Origin: an uncultured Candidatus Saccharibacteria bacterium
Lineage (GTDB): Bacteria > Patescibacteriota > Minisyncoccia > Phycocordibacterales > UBA918
Assembly (NCBI GenBank): GCA_964353135.1
Contig: CAYGTV010000001.1
Location: forward strand, 216,217 to 280,216
Direction: 5' to 3'
Length of the DNA stretch: 64,000 nt
Part shown: positions 48,218-56,930 of the stretch, piece after piece
Position numbering within the stretch: the stretch's first letter is position 1
Layout of the letters: every line of letters begins with the position of its first letter
The notes under the pieces: generated by a model
The model's database searches: none
Told to the model about the DNA's origin: nothing
Seen by the model: only the letters and a program-made list of their open reading frames with translations
Program-made: the position numbers and the translations under genes

Positions 48218-48475
48218 TTATAATACCACTCCTTCAGCTAATAGGAGCTTCTTTTTGGTACTTACGCCCCCACGGTTGTATCCACCTAGTCCCCCATCAG
48301 TACGTATTACTCGGTGACAAGGCACATCTGGATCATAGTTGGCGGCCATGATGTTCGCCACCGCCCGAGCAGCCTTTGGGTTTCCAGCCGCTATAGCTAC
48401 CTCCTTATAGGTCATGACTGAGCCTTTAGGGATACAAGCGACGACTTGTTTTACAATTGTGGTAAACCTTGTCAT
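48218..48475 (-). CDS. MGMT/Ogt family alkyltransferase C-terminal domain
   Basis: IPKGSVMTY, ARAVA, VPCHRV, LGGY; start ATG 48475. Confidence 0.88.
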   Translation of the reverse strand: MTRFTTIVKQVVACIPKGSVMTYKEVAIAAGNPKAARAVANIMAANYDPDVPCHRVIRTDGGLGGYNRGGVSTKKKLLLAEGVVL

Positions 48476-48485
48476 ATAGCTGAGG

Positions 48486-49157
48486 TTATTTTGAATGGAG
48501 TCTAATAAAGTCCTCTCTGCTAATTGAGGCGCGAGCAATCGGTCTGTCCTCACCCGAGAAAAGAGATCGGCGTTCAGCTTCGTCTATCTCACCCTCAATC
48601 GTAAACCCGAGCTTCTCTAGCAAGGCAGGATTTTTAGCTACTATCCAGGATGTAGCATATACCATCCCAACTTCATCGACAGCTTTCAGTTGCTCAGCAG
48701 CTAATCTAAGACCCTCACGCAATAGGCGCAACTGCTCTGGGCGGTCTGTTAGCATGTTTGGAAATACGTGTAGATGCATATTCTTATCTTCGTCTAGATG
48801 ATAGTGCAAAAGATCATTCAAGCGCTCATTTTTATCAGATAACGCTTCATCCTGTTGTTCTCGTTGAAATCCAGCTGGATCAGCCTCTATGCGGCTAATT
48901 ACCGGTGCATAGGCTTCTAATACGGTCTCTGTAAAGGTGTCTAAATCATCTATCTGCTCTACACCTTCCAGCACCTTTCCGGCTTGGATTAGGTCCATGT
49001 CAGTTAACCAACTGTAGTTGCTAAGCCGCATAAGAATATTTTCACGCCGTTTGCTTGGCTCTACTGTTTCAAACAATGAGGCAATGTTCTTTTTAGCTAC
49101 GGTAACAACTTTACTATCTGGCTGTTTTTCTTCTCTAAACACATGTTCATTTTCCAT
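48486..49157 (-). CDS. Hypothetical protein
   Basis: 223-aa ORF in operon; C-terminal ATSWIV..LLEKLGF suggests a GNAT-like remnant. Confidence 0.65.
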   Translation of the reverse strand: MENEHVFREEKQPDSKVVTVAKKNIASLFETVEPSKRRENILMRLSNYSWLTDMDLIQAGKVLEGVEQIDDLDTFTETVLEAYAPVISRIEADPAGFQREQQDEALSDKNERLNDLLHYHLDEDKNMHLHVFPNMLTDRPEQLRLLREGLRLAAEQLKAVDEVGMVYATSWIVAKNPALLEKLGFTIEGEIDEAERRSLFSGEDRPIARASISREDFIRLHSK

Positions 49158-49159
49158 AG

Positions 49160-49945
49160 TTATTTCTTATTCTCGTTATGAATCTTGAGTAGCTTTTTCC
49201 CACACGCTTCGCGATACGGACAGAATTCACAAGCTTCACCAATCTCTGGTATTGTTTTTTGATCTAGACAAGCTTTGATTTCAAGCAGGGTTGGTTCAAT
49301 CCAGTCGGTGACTGCCGGCACTTCTACTAATGTCGTTTCAAACTGTAGAGTGTCGCCAAACTCAGGGAGTGATTTGTCAGCGTTGGCATACACGAGGTAT
49401 CCGGTGTCTTCAACCGTAAATCCATTTTGCTCCAGCAGCCATTTGTAGACTCCGAGCTGGCGAGTGTATTGCTGTTCCCACGGACTATCACCTAGTTTAT
49501 CGATACGTGCATCTTTGCTGGTTGATTTGTAGTCTACGATGATGAGGTTTCCGGCTGGATTAACCCAGATGTCGTCTACTCCACCACTGATAACCATGCC
49601 GGTTGGTTGGTGTTTGTGCATGATGGCTACAAATGGATCACGCCAGGTTTCTAGGTCTGCGTGCTGGAACGGCACAGCATTGATGCCATATTGTTCCATT
49701 ATCGGGTGTGATTCTTTGTTTTCACGGTAGATGTCGAACTCTTTTTTAAATAGTTCATCAACCGCGATGTTGAGGTTAAACGACGGAAAACCTGGCCGTT
49801 TAGTTCCTAGAACGTTATCTAACCAAAAACACCGGGGACACTCAAAGAAAAAGTCAATCTTACTACGCGATAACTTCCATTTTGGTCCACCATAGTTCCA
49901 TTCTGCGCTGCGGTTCGGGTTGTATTTGTAGGTGTATCCTGCCAT
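49160..49945 (-). CDS. PD-(D/E)xK nuclease, Cas4/AddB-like with Cys cluster
   Basis: ECPRCF, GGVDD..IVDYKS, QLGVY, CEFCPYREAC; start ATG 49945, 8 nt after TATACT. Confidence 0.85.
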   Translation of the reverse strand: MAGYTYKYNPNRSAEWNYGGPKWKLSRSKIDFFFECPRCFWLDNVLGTKRPGFPSFNLNIAVDELFKKEFDIYRENKESHPIMEQYGINAVPFQHADLETWRDPFVAIMHKHQPTGMVISGGVDDIWVNPAGNLIIVDYKSTSKDARIDKLGDSPWEQQYTRQLGVYKWLLEQNGFTVEDTGYLVYANADKSLPEFGDTLQFETTLVEVPAVTDWIEPTLLEIKACLDQKTIPEIGEACEFCPYREACGKKLLKIHNENKK

Positions 49946-50006
49946 ATATGTGTAGTATAGCAGAAACTGGTAGTTGATTGCGGTATCAGCTGCTAGAATG
50001 ATTCTC

Positions 50007-50711
50007 ATGAAAAGCTCACAACAAGCCTGGGAGGCAGAGTACTCCAGTAAACGACTCATGACAGGCCAAAAGCCGGCTAAATCATTTCTGAACTGGATCA
50101 AACACGTAGTACTAACTAAGGGTTTGCGTGGTCAGACAGAAAAATTGTCTGGGATGTCTGTACTGGACTTGGGTAGTGGTGAAGGTAAAAATGCTCTTTT
50201 CCTTGCTGATATGGGTGCCTCGGTCAGCTGCATTGAGCTGGCTACAAATGCAGTTACTACGACCATACAGCGCGCAAAACAGGAACAGCTCGACAATCGA
50301 ATTTCGGTGACTCATGGATCGATCGGGGTGCCCTACTGGTTTCCAGATGAAGCGTTTGATCTGATACTAGATGTTACTTCCTCTAATTCACTAAGTGAGT
50401 CTGAGCGACAAATCTACCTGTCTGAATCAGCACGAGTGCTGAAACCTGACGGAATGATGTTTGTTCGGGCACTGTGCCGAGATGGAGACAGTAATGCAAA
50501 AATGCTGTTACAGCTACACCCTGGGGTTGAGCATGATACGTACATGCAGCCGGACTGGGGTTTGGTAGAACGAGTCTTTACCGAGTCAGATATACGAGCG
50601 TTATACGAGCAGTATTTTACAATTGAAAAGCTCGTTAAAGAAACACACTATACAACGTTTGGAGACAGAAAGTACAAACGTAATTTTTGGATACTATATT
50701 TAGTTAAATAA
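50007..50711 (+). CDS. Class I SAM-dependent methyltransferase
   Basis: VLDLGSGEGKNA, FDLILD, RVLKPDG; TAGAAT 7 nt before ATG 50007. Confidence 0.85.
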   Translation: MKSSQQAWEAEYSSKRLMTGQKPAKSFLNWIKHVVLTKGLRGQTEKLSGMSVLDLGSGEGKNALFLADMGASVSCIELATNAVTTTIQRAKQEQLDNRISVTHGSIGVPYWFPDEAFDLILDVTSSNSLSESERQIYLSESARVLKPDGMMFVRALCRDGDSNAKMLLQLHPGVEHDTYMQPDWGLVERVFTESDIRALYEQYFTIEKLVKETHYTTFGDRKYKRNFWILYLVK

Positions 50712-50723
50712 TCACCTACCAAG

Positions 50724-50759
50724 GAAAAACACTATGAGTCATGACTCATAGTGTTTTTC
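50724..50759. terminator. Perfect 36-bp palindrome, bidirectional terminator/REP-like
   Basis: gaaaaacactatgagtca|tgactcatagtgtttttc between convergent genes. Confidence 0.8.
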
Positions 50760-50773
50760 GGTTAAGCGTTTGG

Positions 50774-51322
50774 TTATTGTGCTGTGAAGGTAGCAAAGAT
50801 CTGGTCGATCTGTACATCACCCGCTGGGTTGAACGCATTGTCACCGTTGTCGCTAAATACAACGACTGCATATTGTTGTCCAACTCGGGTTGAATCCTGG
50901 AGGATGATGTTTTCTGGTACGACTCCGGCAGCAGCACTAAATCGTACTACTCCTTTAATAAACCCTAGTTGACCATTGTTGTAGTCACGAACACCAATCC
51001 ATCCTTCCTCGATTGGGTAGGTTGCTCGTTCAAGAGAAACTGATCGTCCGGCAGCTTGGTCGTTAACTACTACTGATCCGTCACCAACTGGAAGTGTTGG
51101 CGCTACTGTTGGTTCACTTGTGGCCGTATCTTGACCTTCTGCCATTTCTTCCATTTCGCCCTCTTCCATCTCACCTGCTTCAGTATCGTCTTGGGCTCGG
51201 TCGGAAACGTTTGCTTGGTCAGCTGGACCAGAAAATGCCCATACCAACATACCACCGATAAGGAGACCGACTACGAAAGATACGAGTGTCTTTGATCCGT
51301 CTTGTTGTTCTTCTGCTGCCAT
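50774..51322 (-). CDS. Membrane-anchored protein with acidic linker and beta-rich domain
   Basis: N-terminal TM, acidic stretch, C-terminal DNGD..FNP..D motif. Confidence 0.7.
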   Translation of the reverse strand: MAAEEQQDGSKTLVSFVVGLLIGGMLVWAFSGPADQANVSDRAQDDTEAGEMEEGEMEEMAEGQDTATSEPTVAPTLPVGDGSVVVNDQAAGRSVSLERATYPIEEGWIGVRDYNNGQLGFIKGVVRFSAAAGVVPENIILQDSTRVGQQYAVVVFSDNGDNAFNPAGDVQIDQIFATFTAQ

Positions 51323-51407
51323 ACGAAAAATTTATGAATTGCTGTAATAAGTAATACAACGAGTATAACACAAGGTGTTTTACGTCAAAGTATTGACAGT
51401 CAGGCAT

Positions 51408-52250
51408 TTATTCAGTCATTTTGCTCTTGCATAGTTCCCTAGCTTCGTTGAGAACTGATTCATAACGTCGTTTTGGTAGGTGTAGCACTTTTAGAATATG
51501 AGGTTTTGATACTAGATCGCTACACAAAATGATGTCTCTCTCTATGAGAATCCTAGCTTGCTTGGCAGAGAGCTCTTGTAGTACGGTTATCGGATACACC
51601 CCGGCTCGTTGAATACGGTCGTGCAGATTGTCTTTTTTGGGATAATCCCATGATAAAAGTTTTAGTCCAACACAGTTCCCGTAGTCTCTAGCAGCTGATG
51701 TGAATTTTGTATTTGTGATCAACCAAAACTCCTTGATGCCACAAATGTCATCAAAACAAATTTTCTGGTCTTGGAGATCTATCAGTCGCGCATACGAATA
51801 CATTGCAACCTGAAGGTCTGATTTGATTCCAGGACGGGCATGGAATTTTGCTTCGCCAACAAAACTATGGTCAGTTTTATATGCAGAAATATCTATTTCG
51901 TGTTGAGCGCACTTTCCCTGAATGATGCTTCCAGTAGTGGTTGTGTACCCATCAAGAGCAAATAGTCGACAAAGGAATTTTTCAAATGGAAATCCGGTTG
52001 GACCTAGATTAAATAATGCGCGCCGGAGTGAGTAGCGTGCCGCCACAGGAGAGCCACTATGGTGTAGTAACCGAAAAGCATTTCGATAGATTTCCTGCGT
52101 CGATATCCCGTCATGAAGAGATGGTGTCAGTTCTGCTATGACAGTATTAACTTCATCAGGTTGCGCACCAGAACGCCGCAAGGAACGGCGGAGTTTTTCC
52201 AGCTTAAAATATTCTACCGTTCCATCGGCTTTAGTAATCTGAATTGGCAC
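51408..52250 (-). CDS. ATP-cone + restriction-endonuclease-like (Mrr) domain protein
   Basis: ITKADGTVEYFKLEKLRRS (ATP cone); GFPFE, HEID..GEAKFH, LITNTKFT. Confidence 0.8.
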   Translation of the reverse strand: MPIQITKADGTVEYFKLEKLRRSLRRSGAQPDEVNTVIAELTPSLHDGISTQEIYRNAFRLLHHSGSPVAARYSLRRALFNLGPTGFPFEKFLCRLFALDGYTTTTGSIIQGKCAQHEIDISAYKTDHSFVGEAKFHARPGIKSDLQVAMYSYARLIDLQDQKICFDDICGIKEFWLITNTKFTSAARDYGNCVGLKLLSWDYPKKDNLHDRIQRAGVYPITVLQELSAKQARILIERDIILCSDLVSKPHILKVLHLPKRRYESVLNEARELCKSKMTE

Positions 52251-53315
52251 TTACACGAGTATACCACCACCGATACACAGCGACCCTGCGTATAGTACAC
52301 AGGACTGACCACTGGCTGGTTTTTCGGTACTCTCAGTTGGTTTGAGTCTTATCACCTCTGCGTCTATGGCAGTGACAGTTGCTTTGAGGGGTTGCTGGCG
52401 ATACCTGATTTGAAATTCGACTTCTTCCCCGGCAGTAATTGGTGTCCGTAGTACTACGTTTGTTAGTGTTAGAGCGTCAGTGTCAGCCACCTGTTCTAAC
52501 TCGGGAGCAACTGTTAGGGTGTTATTTTTGATATCACGTGCAATGATAAAAAGTGGTTTTCGGTTTGCATCCTGGTTTGTGATGGTCAGTCCGTGACGCT
52601 GACCAATTGTGTACACTAGTGCACCTTTATGAGTACCAACTACGTTTCCGTCACGATCAAGTACCTCACCAGGAACCAGATCAATGTAGTGAGAGAGAAA
52701 CTCTGGAATATCAACATGTCCAAGGAAGCAGATGCCTTGGCTGTCTCTTTTAGTAGCTACTGGGATTCTAGATACTTCTGCTTCTTCCCGGATTTGTGTT
52801 TTTGGTGTATTTCCAACTGGAAACAAAGTCCGGTCAAGCTGCTCTTGTGACAGAGTCCACAAGAAATAGGTTTGATCCTTGCCAGTGTCTACACCGCGAT
52901 GCATTCCAGCCCCACTGTTACCTTCTAGTCGCTGTGCATAGTGACCGGTTGCAATATAATCCGCACCCTTTTCTAGTGCAAAATCCATAAATCGGCCAAA
53001 TTTGACATGTTGATTACACATAACGTCTGGGTTAGGAGTTCGTCCCGCTCGGTACTCTTGTATGAAAAAATCCGCAACGTCATCACGGTATGCATCCTCT
53101 GCATCACAGGTTAGAAATGGAATTCCCAGGTGAGCAGCAACTCTCATAGCATCAAGCCGCTCCTGCTCCCAGTTGCAGACCATAAAGTCTGGATGCCACA
53201 CCTTTATGAACACTCCAACTACATTGTATCCATCATCAATAAGCCGCTTGGCAGCGACTGAGCTATCGACCCCTCCCGAGAGTCCGACAAAGACTGTGAT
53301 ATCAGCATTATTCAT
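52251..53315 (-). CDS. mnmA: tRNA 2-thiouridine(34) synthase
   Basis: SGGVDSS, TPNPDVMCN, ATGHYA, KDQTYFL, DSQGICF. Confidence 0.96.
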   Translation of the reverse strand: MNNADITVFVGLSGGVDSSVAAKRLIDDGYNVVGVFIKVWHPDFMVCNWEQERLDAMRVAAHLGIPFLTCDAEDAYRDDVADFFIQEYRAGRTPNPDVMCNQHVKFGRFMDFALEKGADYIATGHYAQRLEGNSGAGMHRGVDTGKDQTYFLWTLSQEQLDRTLFPVGNTPKTQIREEAEVSRIPVATKRDSQGICFLGHVDIPEFLSHYIDLVPGEVLDRDGNVVGTHKGALVYTIGQRHGLTITNQDANRKPLFIIARDIKNNTLTVAPELEQVADTDALTLTNVVLRTPITAGEEVEFQIRYRQQPLKATVTAIDAEVIRLKPTESTEKPASGQSCVLYAGSLCIGGGILV

Positions 53316-53330
53316 GTCGCCAGGCTACCA

Positions 53331-54389
53331 TTACCGCAAGTGTCTTTCAATATTAATCAGGTGCTGATCGTAGGTTTCTGCGTAGTAGAACTCTCCATCG
53401 TTGCCAGTGATGTAGTAGAAGTAGTCTGATGGGATTGGGTTGATAATTGCTGCAATCGCGGTTTCACCTGGGTTTCCAATTGGGGTTGGCGGTAGGCCAG
53501 GATTTAGGTAGGTGTTGTAGGGACTGTCTAGCTCCCTCAGTTCAGCAGCTAGTTGCCCTGGTGGCAGGCCACCTAGTGGAGTTTCAAGTGCGTACTCGAT
53601 TGAAGCGTCGGCTTGTAGCGGCATACCAATCGCGAGGCGGTTAAGAAAGATACCAGCTACCGTTCGCATGGATTCAGGAGAGTTAGCCTCTCGTTCTAAA
53701 ATTGATGCCAGGATGAGTACTTCTTCTCTGGTAAGGCTGCTATCAGCAATTGCTTGTCCGTATTTCTCCACTACTTTTTGGTGCGTTGTCTGTAACAGCT
53801 CAACTAATTCTTCAGTCGTATAATCTGGCGGTACTCGATAGGTGTCTGGAAATAACTGCCCTTCCAAATTTGAAGTCAGCGATTCAAACAAACTTTGATC
53901 AAAGCTGTTTAGGGTTGCTGTGGCACGAGCCCCAAAAGCCGCCACGCTTTCACCTTCAATAAAAGTGATAGAAATGAGGTCATTATTAAACTCCCCAGCT
54001 ATTATTTTTTCTGCTACTGCAAATACATCCAATGGCTCGGTAAAGCTATATGTGCTGGCTTTGATTTGGGTCGGGTCCTGCCAATATCGTAACACTGCAA
54101 ACAGTAAGTGTTCGGATTGCACAACGTTGGCTTCAGCTAGTTTTGAGGCTATTTGCATGACACTCTCACCTGGTTCGATCACCACTGTTTGTGGTGTGAA
54201 GTCACTCGGGGCTGTATGCCAAAAATAGAATAGAGCACCCATCAGTAGTAGGGGTGTAAATAACAGGATGTCGAACAATACGAACCAAACCCAAAACCGT
54301 GTATTGGATACCGGTATAGGTAACGAGCTGTTTGGTTGAGCTTGATTTGGGTCAAAGGGTTCTAGCTGTGCTGGCTGGTCGGGTTCCAT
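53331..54389 (-). CDS. mltG: Endolytic transglycosylase MltG
   Basis: LEGQLFPDTY, LASILERE, NRL..GMPLQAD, SPYNTY..GLPPTPI. Confidence 0.93.
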   Translation of the reverse strand: MEPDQPAQLEPFDPNQAQPNSSLPIPVSNTRFWVWFVLFDILLFTPLLLMGALFYFWHTAPSDFTPQTVVIEPGESVMQIASKLAEANVVQSEHLLFAVLRYWQDPTQIKASTYSFTEPLDVFAVAEKIIAGEFNNDLISITFIEGESVAAFGARATATLNSFDQSLFESLTSNLEGQLFPDTYRVPPDYTTEELVELLQTTHQKVVEKYGQAIADSSLTREEVLILASILEREANSPESMRTVAGIFLNRLAIGMPLQADASIEYALETPLGGLPPGQLAAELRELDSPYNTYLNPGLPPTPIGNPGETAIAAIINPIPSDYFYYITGNDGEFYYAETYDQHLINIERHLR

Positions 54390-54392
54390 AGA

Positions 54393-55727
54393 CTAGAAAG
54401 GTAACTCACCCACCGGCAAATTGCCAGGTGCGTTTTGTCGCTTGGATGCGATTCGGGACAGTCCGGGGGTCAGTACTGAGCTGCCTGGGATATGGTAAAT
54501 AGTTGCTAGTTCCTCAACTGACATGGTTTTTGGTTGGTGGATGTCGTTTACTCGTCCTGTACCAGCCCAATACTTTCGTAGCTTGAAGTGTTCCACCTCC
54601 TCTTTTTTACGGGCGATTTTTTTTGCACCTGTCACGTCCTCGTACCAACTGTTGTCAAAGTCAGTTTTCCAGCGTGGCGCCAAAGAGTTGCGGCCAATGA
54701 CACTATACTGAGTAAACACACCAAAGGTTGGAGCAATCATAAGTGGATTGAACTGCGTTTTGTCGAGAGTTACATACATTGTGCGGATTGCAACGTCATA
54801 TGCAGGTTTGCTGATATTCCTTTCGATGGCAGCAATGGTGTCGCGCTCCCCTCCCGTAAGCATCGGACGGCTCTCTGTTTCTTCAGCTGTGCTCTGACCC
54901 TTATCGTCACGCCCCATCATTTCATTGATAGCTTTCTTTGCATCTTTTTCCCAGGTACCTTGCTCGCGCAGGTATCCATTGGCCAGATTTTCTTTGGCGT
55001 GAGGGGTACACAAAATTTGAATATATACTCGTTCGTGGGGTTTAGCTTTAGATAAAAACTCGATCGTAGCTGACATTGGTTCAAACTTCTCTTCTTCTTT
55101 GATTGGACGATCGTGTCCAAATTCTATGTAGGTTTTGATCGGATAAATGCTGTCCTCTTTTTTGATTACATGGAAGCCCATCATGTCCATCTTTTCAGGG
55201 TCCCATTGTAATTCTGATGCGTAATCTAACAACTCTTCTTCGATTTCTATTCCTGGGTAATTAGCATACAGCTGTGATTCCATGACGTCCTTTAGTTTGC
55301 TTGGTACATTGATGTAAAAACGTACCTCGCCACCAATTGAGGCTAGCTCTAGGCTGATAGGTTGCTTACCTTTGCCGTCTAGATATGCCTGAGATAGGTT
55401 ATCTGGGTTCATGGGAGCAAACACGTAGGTAAAGACACTTTCCATCGCCTCTGGGGATTTCAGGACCTCTGGTGGTAGTTTAATTCGCAAGGTCGTTCGT
55501 CCCATTTTGTAATAGAACATAGTGCGGACAAAATCCATCCAGCGGTCATAGGTCAAATAAAACAGCACCACAGGTAGAAAGAGTGGCAGTAAAAACAGTG
55601 CCAGTGAAATCGCAGGCAAAAACGCAATGTCAGACCCTCGGACAAAAAACCAGTACACTAATGCAATTACTCCAAAACAAAGTGGAATAGCAATTGCAGC
55701 AAAAGCTCCGGTAAAGACATCCTTCAT
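54393..55727 (-). CDS. Conserved membrane protein of unknown function
   Basis: 2 TM then KSPEAME, SLE, YP..EI.E..DY, EELATIYHIP; start ATG 55727, 8 nt after TACAAT. Confidence 0.7.
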   Translation of the reverse strand: MKDVFTGAFAAIAIPLCFGVIALVYWFFVRGSDIAFLPAISLALFLLPLFLPVVLFYLTYDRWMDFVRTMFYYKMGRTTLRIKLPPEVLKSPEAMESVFTYVFAPMNPDNLSQAYLDGKGKQPISLELASIGGEVRFYINVPSKLKDVMESQLYANYPGIEIEEELLDYASELQWDPEKMDMMGFHVIKKEDSIYPIKTYIEFGHDRPIKEEEKFEPMSATIEFLSKAKPHERVYIQILCTPHAKENLANGYLREQGTWEKDAKKAINEMMGRDDKGQSTAEETESRPMLTGGERDTIAAIERNISKPAYDVAIRTMYVTLDKTQFNPLMIAPTFGVFTQYSVIGRNSLAPRWKTDFDNSWYEDVTGAKKIARKKEEVEHFKLRKYWAGTGRVNDIHQPKTMSVEELATIYHIPGSSVLTPGLSRIASKRQNAPGNLPVGELPF

Positions 55728-55804
55728 GTGTGTATATTGTAGCATCAGACAAACAAAAACGGCGTGAACTATGTCCACGTCGTTTTTGATTTCAGTTCCC
55801 TTGT

Positions 55805-56830
55805 TTACTCAGCGATGGTGTATGTTCCGTTTGCTAATTTCTTGAACAGATTTCCGTCCTGAAGGTTTACGAGAATAGTGTTGTCTTTCACGTATCGTTC
55901 TTTTCGTACTTTGTCGATGATTTCTTCTCTAGAAAGTGGGCCTTCAGCTTCTAGGATTTCTTTGAGCACTTCTTTGACTACTCCGGCTGTGTATCCCCAT
56001 TCTGAAAGTGCGTACAATCCCCGTCCAACTAGTACAAATCGCGCGTCTTTGATTAGTTCGTTATGAGTGGTCGCGATGTGTGCCTTGTGGTCGAACAGTT
56101 CGTTGATTGTTTGTGCTACTTCTTTGAAGTGCATCGGTGATCCGTGTCGCTTTACCGCTAGGTATGCGTAGTCCCGGATTCCTTTGACTCGGATATTTGG
56201 ACTGTCAGATGGTCCCCAGTCTCCTAGGGGGTTTTGTCCGATTTGCTTTGAAATCTTGAGCCATCGCATCAATACTTCTTCGTTATGCTGCTCAGCAATT
56301 TCTGCTAATTCGGCCTTAAATCGACTAACGATTTCTGATTCACTGACTAGTTCGTCTCGCTTAAGAGATTTTCGAACTGCCCGCAGGGCCTTCTCAACCT
56401 CTTCAACTTTCTTGTGCTCGGTGAACCATCGGTGGGCGTAGTGCGGGTTTTCCTTGCTTCGATAGAAAGGATCACCAACTACTAGTAAGAAATAGAGATG
56501 ATTTCGTACCAGCGGATCAGACGATAGTTCGTCTAGCAGAACATGTTCTGCAATCAAACCGCCTCCTAGCTCATCGATCAGTTTATGCATCTCGATTAGT
56601 AGGTCGTACTGCTTTTTGTATACATCTGACTTTTGGATTGATTGAATCCCGTAGTTTTCAATCTGTCGTACACGCTCGCGGGTAATCCCGTAGCTTTGTC
56701 CGATCGCTTCGAGCGTAAAAGTCTCACCGTCTTTGTTAAGACCGTAGCGTTTTTGTAATACATCACGAGCACGCTCAGGGAGGGCTTCAAGCAATGCGGT
56801 AGTTACTTGTTCTGGTTTAAATGAAATCAT
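55805..56830 (-). CDS. Sigma-70 region 4 HTH + HARE-HTH-like domain protein
   Basis: TLEAIGQSYGITRERVRQIE; THNELIKDARFVLVGRGLYAL. Confidence 0.8.
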   Translation of the reverse strand: MISFKPEQVTTALLEALPERARDVLQKRYGLNKDGETFTLEAIGQSYGITRERVRQIENYGIQSIQKSDVYKKQYDLLIEMHKLIDELGGGLIAEHVLLDELSSDPLVRNHLYFLLVVGDPFYRSKENPHYAHRWFTEHKKVEEVEKALRAVRKSLKRDELVSESEIVSRFKAELAEIAEQHNEEVLMRWLKISKQIGQNPLGDWGPSDSPNIRVKGIRDYAYLAVKRHGSPMHFKEVAQTINELFDHKAHIATTHNELIKDARFVLVGRGLYALSEWGYTAGVVKEVLKEILEAEGPLSREEIIDKVRKERYVKDNTILVNLQDGNLFKKLANGTYTIAE

Positions 56831-56930
56831 ATCTCTAATTTTTAAGGGGTCCGTTGGTGGACTGACCTCAATGCGTAGCTACATTTATAACATGTGTGTG
56901 TAAAAAGGTCAACACCTGTGTGCGTGGGTA

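Noticed and set aside
49160-49945. Cas4 as part of a CRISPR system
   Set aside because: No cas1/cas2 or array; stand-alone PD-(D/E)xK nuclease.
49946-50101. N-terminal extensions of the nuclease and methyltransferase ORFs
   Set aside because: They overlap each other; -10 boxes place the starts at 49945 and 50007.
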